Part shown: piece after piece, positions 9,009 through 17,515 of the stretch
Position numbering within the stretch: the first letter of the stretch is position 1
Layout: each line of letters begins with the position of its first letter
From: a bacterium
GTDB taxonomy: Bacteria; Zhuqueibacterota; Zhuqueibacteria; Residuimicrobiales; Oceaniaggregativiventaceae
Length of the DNA: 64,000 bases
Assembly: GCA_029565675.1 (NCBI GenBank)
Contig: JAKQNP010000046.1
Span: forward strand, 107,595 to 171,594
Direction of reading: 5' to 3'
The notes under the pieces: model-generated
Databases searched by the model: none
Seen by the model: only the letters and a program-made list of their open reading frames with translations
Told to the model about the DNA's origin: nothing
Translations under genes and position numbers: made by a program

Positions 9009-11267
9009 ATGCGAAAAGCATTTGACTCGACACAGCCAATTGGTTTTTTTCTGGGTTTTGCTTCAATGTCGCTGCAGGTGCTTTATCTGCGCGCTTTTTT
9101 GGCAACCTTTTACGGTAACGAGTTGTCCATCGGATTGCTTCTGGCTTTGTGGTTGATATGGGGCGGTGTGGGTGCGCGCCTGGGTTCTGCACCAAATCAC
9201 AAACGATTGCGGTATTCCTGGGTTGCTATTTTCGCTTTGATTTTTGCCACAGCTGCGCTCGGCCTTGCTGGTGCACGCCTCGTCCGTCACTTTTTTGCCA
9301 CCTCATTGGCCCAACCACTCGATCTGGGGATGCTGCTCTTCAGCTCTGCATTTTTAACCGCTGTTCCGTGTCTGCTCTTTGGTTATCTTTTTGCTGAATT
9401 GAGCCACATGTCAAAGCGCAACAATCCATCCGGATATCTCTATTTTGCCGAAACCCTCGGCAGTCTGTTCGGCGGCCTGTTCTCCACTTTTCTCAATATC
9501 AGACTGGGCGATGATTGGCTCGCTTTTGGGCTTGTTGCGGTGCTCACACTGTCGGCGTTAGCTGGCATGCAAAAGAAGAGGGTCGCATTTTTCTTCCCGT
9601 TTGCCGCTCTGCTCTTCCTGGTGCTGTTTCGATTTTTCGCTCTGGCTGAACGCATTGAAATTCTCTATTGGCATTCTTTTGCTGCCGACCTGCGACTCGT
9701 CAAGACTGAACAAGGTCGGTACGGCAAGCTGGCGATTCTGGATTGGGGCGGAGAATTTATCCTATACAGCAATGGCGAAAAGGTTGCTGCCATACCCGAT
9801 CCGGTTTCCGCCCAGGCGCAAGCAGCCCTGGTGCTGGCACAACATCCAGCTCCCAGATCGATTTGCCTCATCGGCGGAGGTTGGGGAGGGTTGCCGGTGG
9901 AGTTGCTCCGTCATCCCCATGTGAGTGTGGATTTTTGTGAATTGGATCCGCAGGCTGGCAAGCTTGTTTTTTCCTTGCTCTCTGATTCTCTGCGTTCTCT
10001 TTGGCGATCCGACCGCCTGCGAATCATCTATAGCGATGCGCGATATTGGCTTTCTCGACAGGGCAAGTATGATCTGATCGTCTGTGCCATTGCCTCTCCG
10101 GCCTCGGCGCAAGGCAATCGATTCTTTACCCGTGAATTTTTTGCCATCGTCAAATCGCATCTTGCTGAAAACGGCCGATTTTTGCTGCTCGGTTTGCCGG
10201 GAGGCGAAAATTTCCTGGGCGCTGAGTTGCTGCAATTGAATGGTTCAATCAATCGTACCTTGCAGACCGTCTTCCCTCATGTCCTTTATCTGCCCGGCGA
10301 CCAGGGAATCTTTATCGCCGCATCGCAACCGGCACCGGAGCAGACCGCCGAACTGCTCAGCCGGCGTCTGCAAAATTCAGGAGTCGTCTATCCATTTTTT
10401 CATCCATCCCAGCTGCAATTTTATTATCTGCCTGATCGATTGGCCTACTTTGCAGATATCCTTAGCACCAACCGGACTGCCATCAATCGAGATGTTCAAC
10501 CGATCGGCTATTATCTCGACTTTCTGGCCTGGAATAAAAACCTCGGTGGTCCGAGCGAACTCCTCTATTCGATTCAGGTGCATGCCAAATCGTGCGCCCG
10601 GTGGGTGTTCGTGGCATTAGCAGCGGCCGCAATTTTTCTCTCTATCCTGGTGCGCAAAAGCAAGACGGACTGGCACACCGGGCTGGTCTTGGCCGGCTTT
10701 TTGCTCGGTTTCATGGCGATGACGCTGCAAATTGTCCTGTTGATGGCTTTTCAGGCTGCAAGAGGATTTCTCTATACTGAAATCGGCTTTGCACTCGCCG
10801 TCTATATGTTGGGAATGGCGGTCGGTGCAGCATCTGCACTGCGTTTGCTGCGACACGGTTTCCGTTTCACTTTTCTGCTGGTCTATCTCTTGCTGGCCGC
10901 GGCAACCACGGCTGTGTTGCCCTGGATCCTCGAAATGCTCTTTGCGCTTCCCGCACTTGCGCTTTTTATGGGGCTGTTCTTTGTCTGTGGTGGGCTGGGT
11001 GGATTTTGTTTTCCGCTTTACACGGTTTTGGATGATCTCTCTCTCGGCACACCGCATTACGGCAGAATCTATGCCTATGATCTATGGGGAGGGGCTCTCG
11101 GGGCTTCTCTGGGAGCAGGCGTTGGAGTGCCCTTGTTGGGGTTTCGCGTTTCGCTTGGATTTTTGGCGGGAGTGTTGTTGATCGCTCTATTCTATTTCAT
11201 GCGGACTCGATCGCTGCTACCGCGTCCGGCTCGACAAATCGACCACCTGCGCAACGCCAAAGGTTAA
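9009..11267 (+). CDS. Polytopic membrane protein fused to a spermidine-synthase-like (PABS) methyltransferase-fold domain
   Basis: The N- and C-terminal TM bundles flank a central segment LIGGGWGG...DLIVCAI...GRFLLLG, which resembles a spermidine/spermine synthase core. Confidence 0.65.
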   Translation: MRKAFDSTQPIGFFLGFASMSLQVLYLRAFLATFYGNELSIGLLLALWLIWGGVGARLGSAPNHKRLRYSWVAIFALIFATAALGLAGARLVRHFFATSLAQPLDLGMLLFSSAFLTAVPCLLFGYLFAELSHMSKRNNPSGYLYFAETLGSLFGGLFSTFLNIRLGDDWLAFGLVAVLTLSALAGMQKKRVAFFFPFAALLFLVLFRFFALAERIEILYWHSFAADLRLVKTEQGRYGKLAILDWGGEFILYSNGEKVAAIPDPVSAQAQAALVLAQHPAPRSICLIGGGWGGLPVELLRHPHVSVDFCELDPQAGKLVFSLLSDSLRSLWRSDRLRIIYSDARYWLSRQGKYDLIVCAIASPASAQGNRFFTREFFAIVKSHLAENGRFLLLGLPGGENFLGAELLQLNGSINRTLQTVFPHVLYLPGDQGIFIAASQPAPEQTAELLSRRLQNSGVVYPFFHPSQLQFYYLPDRLAYFADILSTNRTAINRDVQPIGYYLDFLAWNKNLGGPSELLYSIQVHAKSCARWVFVALAAAAIFLSILVRKSKTDWHTGLVLAGFLLGFMAMTLQIVLLMAFQAARGFLYTEIGFALAVYMLGMAVGAASALRLLRHGFRFTFLLVYLLLAAATTAVLPWILEMLFALPALALFMGLFFVCGGLGGFCFPLYTVLDDLSLGTPHYGRIYAYDLWGGALGASLGAGVGVPLLGFRVSLGFLAGVLLIALFYFMRTRSLLPRPARQIDHLRNAKG

Positions 11268-11360
11268 GGCTGTTGCGGTCGAGTTTTATCCGTTCGCCCA
11301 GCACGGAAGATTTTTCTTTTTGAATAGCAAATTTTTGATTAACTTTTTCTCCAAATAAAT

Positions 11361-13742
11361 ATGAGGTTTTGTATGACCCGAACTGAGCGATTGCCGATTT
11401 CCGGAGTCGAAGCGTTTGCGCTGCAAAAAAGCGGCAGAAAGTTTATCTACGAACCGACGGAAAAAATTCCGGTCATTGAAGTAGAAAATTATCCATTGCT
11501 TGGACGCCTGGCTGCCTTGCGTTTTATCGAATGGGTACAGAAGAACCCTGAAGGGGTCGTTTCCCTGCCGGTTGGCAAGATTCCGGAACATTTCATCAAG
11601 TATGTCACCTACTTTCTAAAAAACTGGAATTCCGATAGTGTGCGCAAGGAGTTGGAACAAAACACGATCGATGCCGGCAAACGCCCAAAAATTGAAACGC
11701 TGCAGTTTGTTCAATCTGAAGAGTTTTATCCGATCAACCCTCTGCAGAGCAACAGTTTTCACTATTTCATCCAAAAGTATTATTTTCGCGAATTCGGCAT
11801 CGATAGCAAAAATGCCTTGCTGTTGGATGCCTGGAAGATCGGCATTCCGGAGAATCTGACTCCTGAAGATATTTATGCCGATGATGTTGTCGATCTCACT
11901 CTGCGCACACGTTATGGGTTAACCAAAGCAGAACGAATCCAAAAAGATGTGATCAGTCAAGTGGATCAGTACTGCACCGAATACGAGATGAAAATTCGCG
12001 CCAGAGGCGGGATTGGTTTTTATCTGGGCGGTATCGGACCGGACGGCCATATTTGTTCCAATGTGCGCGGTTCAGATCACTTTTCCACGACGCGGTTGAC
12101 AGCCACCAACTATGAAACACAAGCGGCCGCCGCCACAGATCTCGGCGGCATCGAAATCGCTCGCAAACGCTTGGTCATCACCATTGGTCTGAGTACCTTG
12201 ACTTACAATACAGAAACAACCGCCATCATTATTGCAGCTGGCGAATCTCATGCCCAGGTGATCAAGGACTCCATCGAGTGTCCGGCCAGCAATAGCTATC
12301 CAGCCTCAGCATTGCACAAATTGCCCAATGCCCGTTTTTATCTCACCTCTGGGGCTGCTTCCTTGCTGGTCGAAAGGTGTTATGAGAATGTAAAGGCCAA
12401 GTCTCCTTTGCCTGCTCAGGAAATCGAGCGAATCGTAGTTGATCTGGCTTTGGGGCAGAATAGAAAAATCCAAGATTTGGCCAAAGAAGACTATGATTCG
12501 GTGCGATCTTCCAAATGGGTTTTGGCCAAGGCAGGAAAAACGCTTTCTGCGATCAATCTGCAGGTGCAGAACAGTTTGATGCAAAAGATTTCTCGCGGCC
12601 TGGATTCGATCGAAGATCAAGTCTTTATGCATACAGCGCCCCATCACGACGATATCATGCTTGGCTATTGGGCTTATATCATTCATCTGGTCCGTTCTCC
12701 CAAAAATCAACACCATTTCAATTATATGACCAGCGGTTTCAATGCCGTGACCAATTCCTTCGCCACGCAAATGCTGGAGAACCTGCAAAACCATATCACC
12801 ACACTGTGTTTCCGCCAGCTGTTGGATGAGGGATATTTTGCCCCGGATTATACCATCGGCCGCAACCGCGATGTTTATCAATATCTGGATGGCGTCGCCG
12901 CTCACAGCCGAACCATGAAGAATGAAGGTCAAGCACGGCGGATGCTGCGCAACCTGATGTTCATTTTTGAGGAAGACAGCGTGCCGCAGTTGCAGAACCG
13001 TATTGCTGAAATGGTTCTCTATTTCAAAAGCCAGTACCCCGGCAAGAAGGATGTCCACTATATCCAGCAGTTTAAAGGCATGATCCGCGAATGGGAAGCG
13101 GATCTGCTTTGGGGGTATCTCGGTTTCAGCAACGCCAACGTCAACCATTTGCGCCTTGGATTTTACGGTGGTGGAATTTTCGGCTCGGCGGTCAACCGCG
13201 TCCGCGACGTTGAGCCGGTTCTCAATCTCATGCAGCGAATCAAACCGACGATTATCACCTGTGCATTCGACCCCGAAGGCAGTGGTCCGGATACCCACTA
13301 CAAGGTTCTGCAAACCATGGCACAGGCCACCAAGATCTACAGCGACGAGAACAACCACCCTGATCTCAAGATCTGGGGATATCGCAACGTTTGGTTTCGA
13401 TTTCACCCTTCTGAAGTCAATATTATGGTGCCGGTTTCACTCAATTCGATGGCCAATCTGGAAAATTCGTTTCTCAACTGCTTTGTCTCTCAAGCTGATG
13501 CCTCTTTTCCGAGCTATGAATTCGATGGCCCGTTTTCCAGATTGTCACAGCGCATCATGGTGGAGCAATACCAAAAGATCAAAACCTGCCTGGGACGCGA
13601 ATATTTCAATGAAAGCGATCACCCGCGTTTGCGCGCAACCCATGGCATGGTTTTTCTCAGAGAAATGGAAGTTGAAGAATTTTACGAACGAGCACACCAA
13701 CTGCAGAAATCGACTGAAAATATCCAGCAAACGACTGCTTGA
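11361..13742 (+). CDS. Fusion of a glucosamine-6-phosphate deaminase-like (NagB/6-phosphogluconolactonase fold) domain and a PIG-L/LmbE-like N-acetylglucosaminyl deacetylase domain
   Basis: The N-terminal half contains GGIGPDGHICS (NagB family GxGxDGH). The C-terminal half contains MHTAPHHDDIMLG (LmbE HxDD motif). Total length is 793 aa. The start could be 11361 or 11373. Confidence 0.7.
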   Translation: MRFCMTRTERLPISGVEAFALQKSGRKFIYEPTEKIPVIEVENYPLLGRLAALRFIEWVQKNPEGVVSLPVGKIPEHFIKYVTYFLKNWNSDSVRKELEQNTIDAGKRPKIETLQFVQSEEFYPINPLQSNSFHYFIQKYYFREFGIDSKNALLLDAWKIGIPENLTPEDIYADDVVDLTLRTRYGLTKAERIQKDVISQVDQYCTEYEMKIRARGGIGFYLGGIGPDGHICSNVRGSDHFSTTRLTATNYETQAAAATDLGGIEIARKRLVITIGLSTLTYNTETTAIIIAAGESHAQVIKDSIECPASNSYPASALHKLPNARFYLTSGAASLLVERCYENVKAKSPLPAQEIERIVVDLALGQNRKIQDLAKEDYDSVRSSKWVLAKAGKTLSAINLQVQNSLMQKISRGLDSIEDQVFMHTAPHHDDIMLGYWAYIIHLVRSPKNQHHFNYMTSGFNAVTNSFATQMLENLQNHITTLCFRQLLDEGYFAPDYTIGRNRDVYQYLDGVAAHSRTMKNEGQARRMLRNLMFIFEEDSVPQLQNRIAEMVLYFKSQYPGKKDVHYIQQFKGMIREWEADLLWGYLGFSNANVNHLRLGFYGGGIFGSAVNRVRDVEPVLNLMQRIKPTIITCAFDPEGSGPDTHYKVLQTMAQATKIYSDENNHPDLKIWGYRNVWFRFHPSEVNIMVPVSLNSMANLENSFLNCFVSQADASFPSYEFDGPFSRLSQRIMVEQYQKIKTCLGREYFNESDHPRLRATHGMVFLREMEVEEFYERAHQLQKSTENIQQTTA

Positions 13743-13763
13743 AACCAAGCGATAGTATGATTT

Positions 13764-13791
13764 GAATTCGGTGCAAAACACCGAATCCAGG
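13764..13791 (+). promoter_or_regulatory. Palindromic leader element, copy 1: GAATTCGGTGCAAAACACCGAATCCAGG
   Basis: The inverted repeat is TTCGGTG-N5-CACCGAA. It sits 58 nt upstream of the USP gene start. An extra half-site CACCGAATCTGG lies at 13813-13824. Confidence 0.4.
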
Positions 13792-13848
13792 TATGATTGA
13801 TAATCCGTTTATCACCGAATCTGGATTGCACTTAAAGTGGGGATTTGA

Positions 13849-14733
13849 ATGGGATCAACGACTCTGGATGGCGAACCCCAGGCGGGATTGCCTGAGCCTA
13901 TTTTTAAGCGCGCCGTTGTGGCTGTCGGCTTTACTCCCAACTTGCAGGCGGTGCTCAATGAAGCACATGCATTGCTCAAAATTATGGGCGCAGTGCCGAT
14001 TATCGTTCATGTGGGCGAGGATTCAGCCGCAGTGAGGCAAAAACTGGAAGAAAATATTCAAAAGTCCAATTTCAGGGAACATCCGCCAATCTACCTGGTG
14101 AGTGGTGGCAGCACTCCCGATGTTTTGATCAAAGTCGCCAACGAGTACGAGGCTGATTTGATCTGTGCCGGCGCTCTCAAACGGGAAAAAGCGTTTCGTT
14201 ATTACTTTGAATCAGTTGCCCGCAATATCGCCCGACATGCCCCGTGCTCGGTCATGCTTTTTGCCGAACCGAGCATCGAACCGAAACCGCTCGCCAAGAT
14301 ACACTGTGCTGTCGAATTTGAAGAAGAAACCATCCAAGTGGTCAAAGTAGCTGCCGGAATCGCCTATTTTGCCGGCAGCAAAGAGCTCTATGTCACTCAC
14401 TGTTTTCCCATGCCGCAGACCGATGATAAAAAATCATCCGCCAGCAGCCAAGCCATTGATCCATCCACGATCTATAAAGAGCGGGACGCAATGCTGACGG
14501 CTTATTTGCAGCAAGTCGATTTTTCAGGAATCAATGTGCAATTGCGCTGTATGCAGGAAAAGACGCACTCGACGACCATAGATTTTACCCGCGATATCGA
14601 AGCGGATCTGCTGGTTATTCCCACCAGCCAAAATGGCTTTGGCTTGTGGAATCAACTCATGCATTACGATGTCGAGTCGGCCCTGGTGAATCTGCCTTGT
14701 TCACTGCTGATGGTGCGGACAGGCAAGGATTGA
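13849..14733 (+). CDS. Tandem-domain universal stress protein (UspA family)
   Basis: Two Usp-like halves are present (VAVGFTPNLQAV...; HCAVEFEEETIQVVKVA...). Confidence 0.75.
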   Translation: MGSTTLDGEPQAGLPEPIFKRAVVAVGFTPNLQAVLNEAHALLKIMGAVPIIVHVGEDSAAVRQKLEENIQKSNFREHPPIYLVSGGSTPDVLIKVANEYEADLICAGALKREKAFRYYFESVARNIARHAPCSVMLFAEPSIEPKPLAKIHCAVEFEEETIQVVKVAAGIAYFAGSKELYVTHCFPMPQTDDKKSSASSQAIDPSTIYKERDAMLTAYLQQVDFSGINVQLRCMQEKTHSTTIDFTRDIEADLLVIPTSQNGFGLWNQLMHYDVESALVNLPCSLLMVRTGKD

Positions 14734-14747
14734 GTCTGCCGCACAAC

Positions 14748-17090
14748 TCAGCGATCTGTTTCCTCTGCTTTTCTTTTTCTGCTCCACAAACGCAGTTTGT
14801 TAGATCCTTCCCCGGGCATTTCCAATACGTAGAGAGAATCGCCGGTCATCGAGATGGCTATGTCGCGCGGAGCGTTCAGGGGGGGAGTGCCGCCGGAGAG
14901 ATACTCGAGGACACGGCCGGTGCGATCAAAGATTGAAATGATTCCACGCGGAGTGTGAGGAACATAGATCCAGTCGTTGCTCGTTGTCACCACCTTGCCC
15001 AACCCCACGTCGACGGCAGGCAATTTGTCGGTCTGCCAATACCTCGCTCTTTTGCCCTCGACCGCTCCCTGCCAACATTGCACCGCATCATTCGATTGAT
15101 CGCTGATCAGAACCTTCGACGCATTGTGCAATACGGCGATGTCATTGCCGACATGGTGGGTTCCAAAAGGACTGCCTGCCAGATCTGCACCAGTCGGATC
15201 GAGTACATGAAAACGGGTGGTGCTGTCTTCCAGTGCAAAGATGTGCCCCTTTTCATCGCAATCGATTGCCGTGGCGGTGAAATCGAGTTCGATACCCGGC
15301 AGGAGTTCGCCGTTTTTGGCTCCAAAGCGAAAGATGAGTTGTTGCACTTTGCCGGTGGCGGCCAACATGATGTTGGGCGGAAAAAACGACAGGCTGGAAA
15401 TCTCCTGAAATGGCACCGGTTGACCATTGGCAGACCACCCCACCGTCAGAGGCGAAAAGTCGGCCTCCCGACCGTCTGAATGGAGCACCACAATTGTGCC
15501 TTCTTCAGTGGCAATCCAGATTTTGCCTTCTCCGTCGATTGCCAACGACTGCGGACGCCACAGCATCGGCCCCAGAGTGCCGCAGGAAATAAAAGTCTGA
15601 TCGCTGGTCAAAATCGAGAGCGACCACACATCGCTGTACCCCAGATTGCGCTTCGGATGTTTTGCAGATTCGTGGTAATTGTCCCAGGCAAAGATGCGGC
15701 AGCGAAAATCGAGACCTGTATGTTGCGGCGGTATCGACCGGTCGGTCACATACCAGTCATCGCTGTTTTTCACGCGCGACATCTTGATTTCTCTCGCCTG
15801 TGTGGGAGGCCAGGTGCGGTCATAGATCAGATAGACACCGAAACCATCCGAACCCGTATCGTCGTCAAAAATACCGCTGGGATCGATAACGCGCGCAGCG
15901 ATACGAAACTCGGTTTCTCCGTTTACCCGGCCAGGAACGGTCTGAACTTGCGTGATCAGGGGTCCACGATTGTCGCGGCGTGTTTCTTTCCACGGCAGCT
16001 CGCTCGGCTTGACCATGTCAGGCCAGTTCTGACGCAAACGAGCCGCCAAGGCGTTGGGTTGATGGTCGGGAAACAAGGCTTTATAAGAGAGCATGGCCAT
16101 TCCTTCGCACCCCAGCCTGCGCGCGATTTCGATTTGTTCGATTGCCTGGGCGCCAAAGGGCATATAGATTCCCGGATAGATGTGCCGACCGTGGTCATTT
16201 TGGCGATGGTGCAAGAGTTGTCGGCCGAACAACTCCGGCTCATTGATGTAGATCATCGGATAGAGGACATCGATGAGGCCTTTGGCCAACCAGGCGTGGC
16301 TGTCCTGCAGATGAACCCGCAAACCTTTGAAATAATCGCCCTGCACAGCTGCACTGACGACCAGCTTGGGCTGATAGGCGACGACATCTGCTGCAAGACG
16401 TGTCAAAAAATCGCTGATGGCGTCTTGTCGCCATTGCGTCCATTTTTCCGGTACCTCATTCGGCAGCGAACCGGTCAGGAGACGAAAACGGTTGACGGAA
16501 GTCTCATCGAACGACACCTCGGGCGACGGATACCGAATATAGTCAAAATGCAGACCATCGAGATCATAGTTTTGCAGCAATTCCCGGCACAACGCGATCA
16601 GATGATCGGTGACCTGCGGGTGGGTAGGGGAGAGCCACAGATATTCAGCCCGGTGGTCAAACCGTTTGCCTTCGCAGTCGACGACAAACCAATCCGGGTG
16701 AATGTGGTAGAGCTGACCACCGTGGTCCGGCGGCTGACCTTTTTTCCATCCCGGGTAGACGTTGAGCCACGCATGTACGGCCAGGCCGTGGGCATGGCCG
16801 AGGTCGATTGCCAAACGCAGCGGATCCCAGCCGGGATCGACAAAGCCAAATTCTTCAGACCAGATTTCCAACTGCGAGGGATAATTGACCGTTCCATTGC
16901 CGCGGACTTGCAACAGGAGGGTATTAAAACCTGTTGCTGCGGCGTTGTCAACGATCATGCGAATATCATCCGGCGAGCGATATTCCCATCGGGTCACCCA
17001 CAACGCCCGGGTTTCCGCAGCCTGCAGGCGACAAAAAAAAGCGAATGAAACAGCAAAAAAGAATATCCAGATGATCGGCCGACGAGCCAT
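14748..17090 (-). CDS. Secreted GH10-like (GHL10/DUF187) glycoside-hydrolase-like domain fused to a C-terminal NHL/beta-propeller domain
   Basis: There is a signal peptide MARRPIIWIFFFAVSFAFFC. The region ALWVTRWEY...GFNTLLLQVRG...LHFDYIRYP is characteristic of the GHL10 family. The C-terminal ~330 aa are propeller-like. Confidence 0.7.
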   Translation of the reverse strand: MARRPIIWIFFFAVSFAFFCRLQAAETRALWVTRWEYRSPDDIRMIVDNAAATGFNTLLLQVRGNGTVNYPSQLEIWSEEFGFVDPGWDPLRLAIDLGHAHGLAVHAWLNVYPGWKKGQPPDHGGQLYHIHPDWFVVDCEGKRFDHRAEYLWLSPTHPQVTDHLIALCRELLQNYDLDGLHFDYIRYPSPEVSFDETSVNRFRLLTGSLPNEVPEKWTQWRQDAISDFLTRLAADVVAYQPKLVVSAAVQGDYFKGLRVHLQDSHAWLAKGLIDVLYPMIYINEPELFGRQLLHHRQNDHGRHIYPGIYMPFGAQAIEQIEIARRLGCEGMAMLSYKALFPDHQPNALAARLRQNWPDMVKPSELPWKETRRDNRGPLITQVQTVPGRVNGETEFRIAARVIDPSGIFDDDTGSDGFGVYLIYDRTWPPTQAREIKMSRVKNSDDWYVTDRSIPPQHTGLDFRCRIFAWDNYHESAKHPKRNLGYSDVWSLSILTSDQTFISCGTLGPMLWRPQSLAIDGEGKIWIATEEGTIVVLHSDGREADFSPLTVGWSANGQPVPFQEISSLSFFPPNIMLAATGKVQQLIFRFGAKNGELLPGIELDFTATAIDCDEKGHIFALEDSTTRFHVLDPTGADLAGSPFGTHHVGNDIAVLHNASKVLISDQSNDAVQCWQGAVEGKRARYWQTDKLPAVDVGLGKVVTTSNDWIYVPHTPRGIISIFDRTGRVLEYLSGGTPPLNAPRDIAISMTGDSLYVLEMPGEGSNKLRLWSRKRKAEETDR

Positions 17091-17220
17091 TCTGCTCTCC
17101 GTATTTCCTGTCTGATCAAGGGTAGGAAACTTGATGGCAACCGTGCTTCAGTCAAATGTAGAAAAGTCGACTTTCTTGTTCAAGAGAAAAAGCGCAGATG
17201 TGGCAGAAATTTTATTGCCC

Positions 17221-17249
17221 TTGACACTTTGACAGACAAATCGTATATT
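17221..17249 (+). promoter_or_regulatory. Consensus sigma-70 promoter: TTGACA, 17-nt spacer, TATATT; about 265 nt upstream of uvrB
   Basis: The hexamers are perfect or near-perfect and were read from the sequence. Confidence 0.5.
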
Positions 17250-17515
17250 TTCTCTCCGCATCGAACCGAACCGGTCCCGATAGGGTTGCTGCGAAGTGGG
17301 GTTCTGCAACGTCAACTGATCGCCGCCTTGAGATCAAGATCTCTTTTCTGTCCTACACTTTTTTCTGCTTTTGCTCGGATTCGATGCTCAATGCCGAATC
17401 CGGCTTCACACAAGGTGCAGCACGATTAGCTTGATTTTGTTCGGTATCCGGCGCGTTGCGCTGAACGGGATTTAAACCGGTTATAACCGCTTTTTTTAGG
17501 CCATTATACGACGCT

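Noticed and set aside
12306-13406. 366-aa - strand ORF inside the NagB-LmbE gene
   Set aside because: It is antisense to a clearly coding + strand frame and has no domain signature.
15480-17048. 522-aa + strand ORF antisense to the GHL10/NHL gene
   Set aside because: Its translation is Arg/Pro-rich with no motifs. The - strand product has a signal peptide and recognisable domains. This is a GC-rich antisense artefact.
17229-17429. 66-aa ORF in the uvrB upstream region
   Set aside because: It starts inside the -35/-10 promoter, has no RBS, and spans the hairpin and U-tract. I treat the region as non-coding leader or sRNA.
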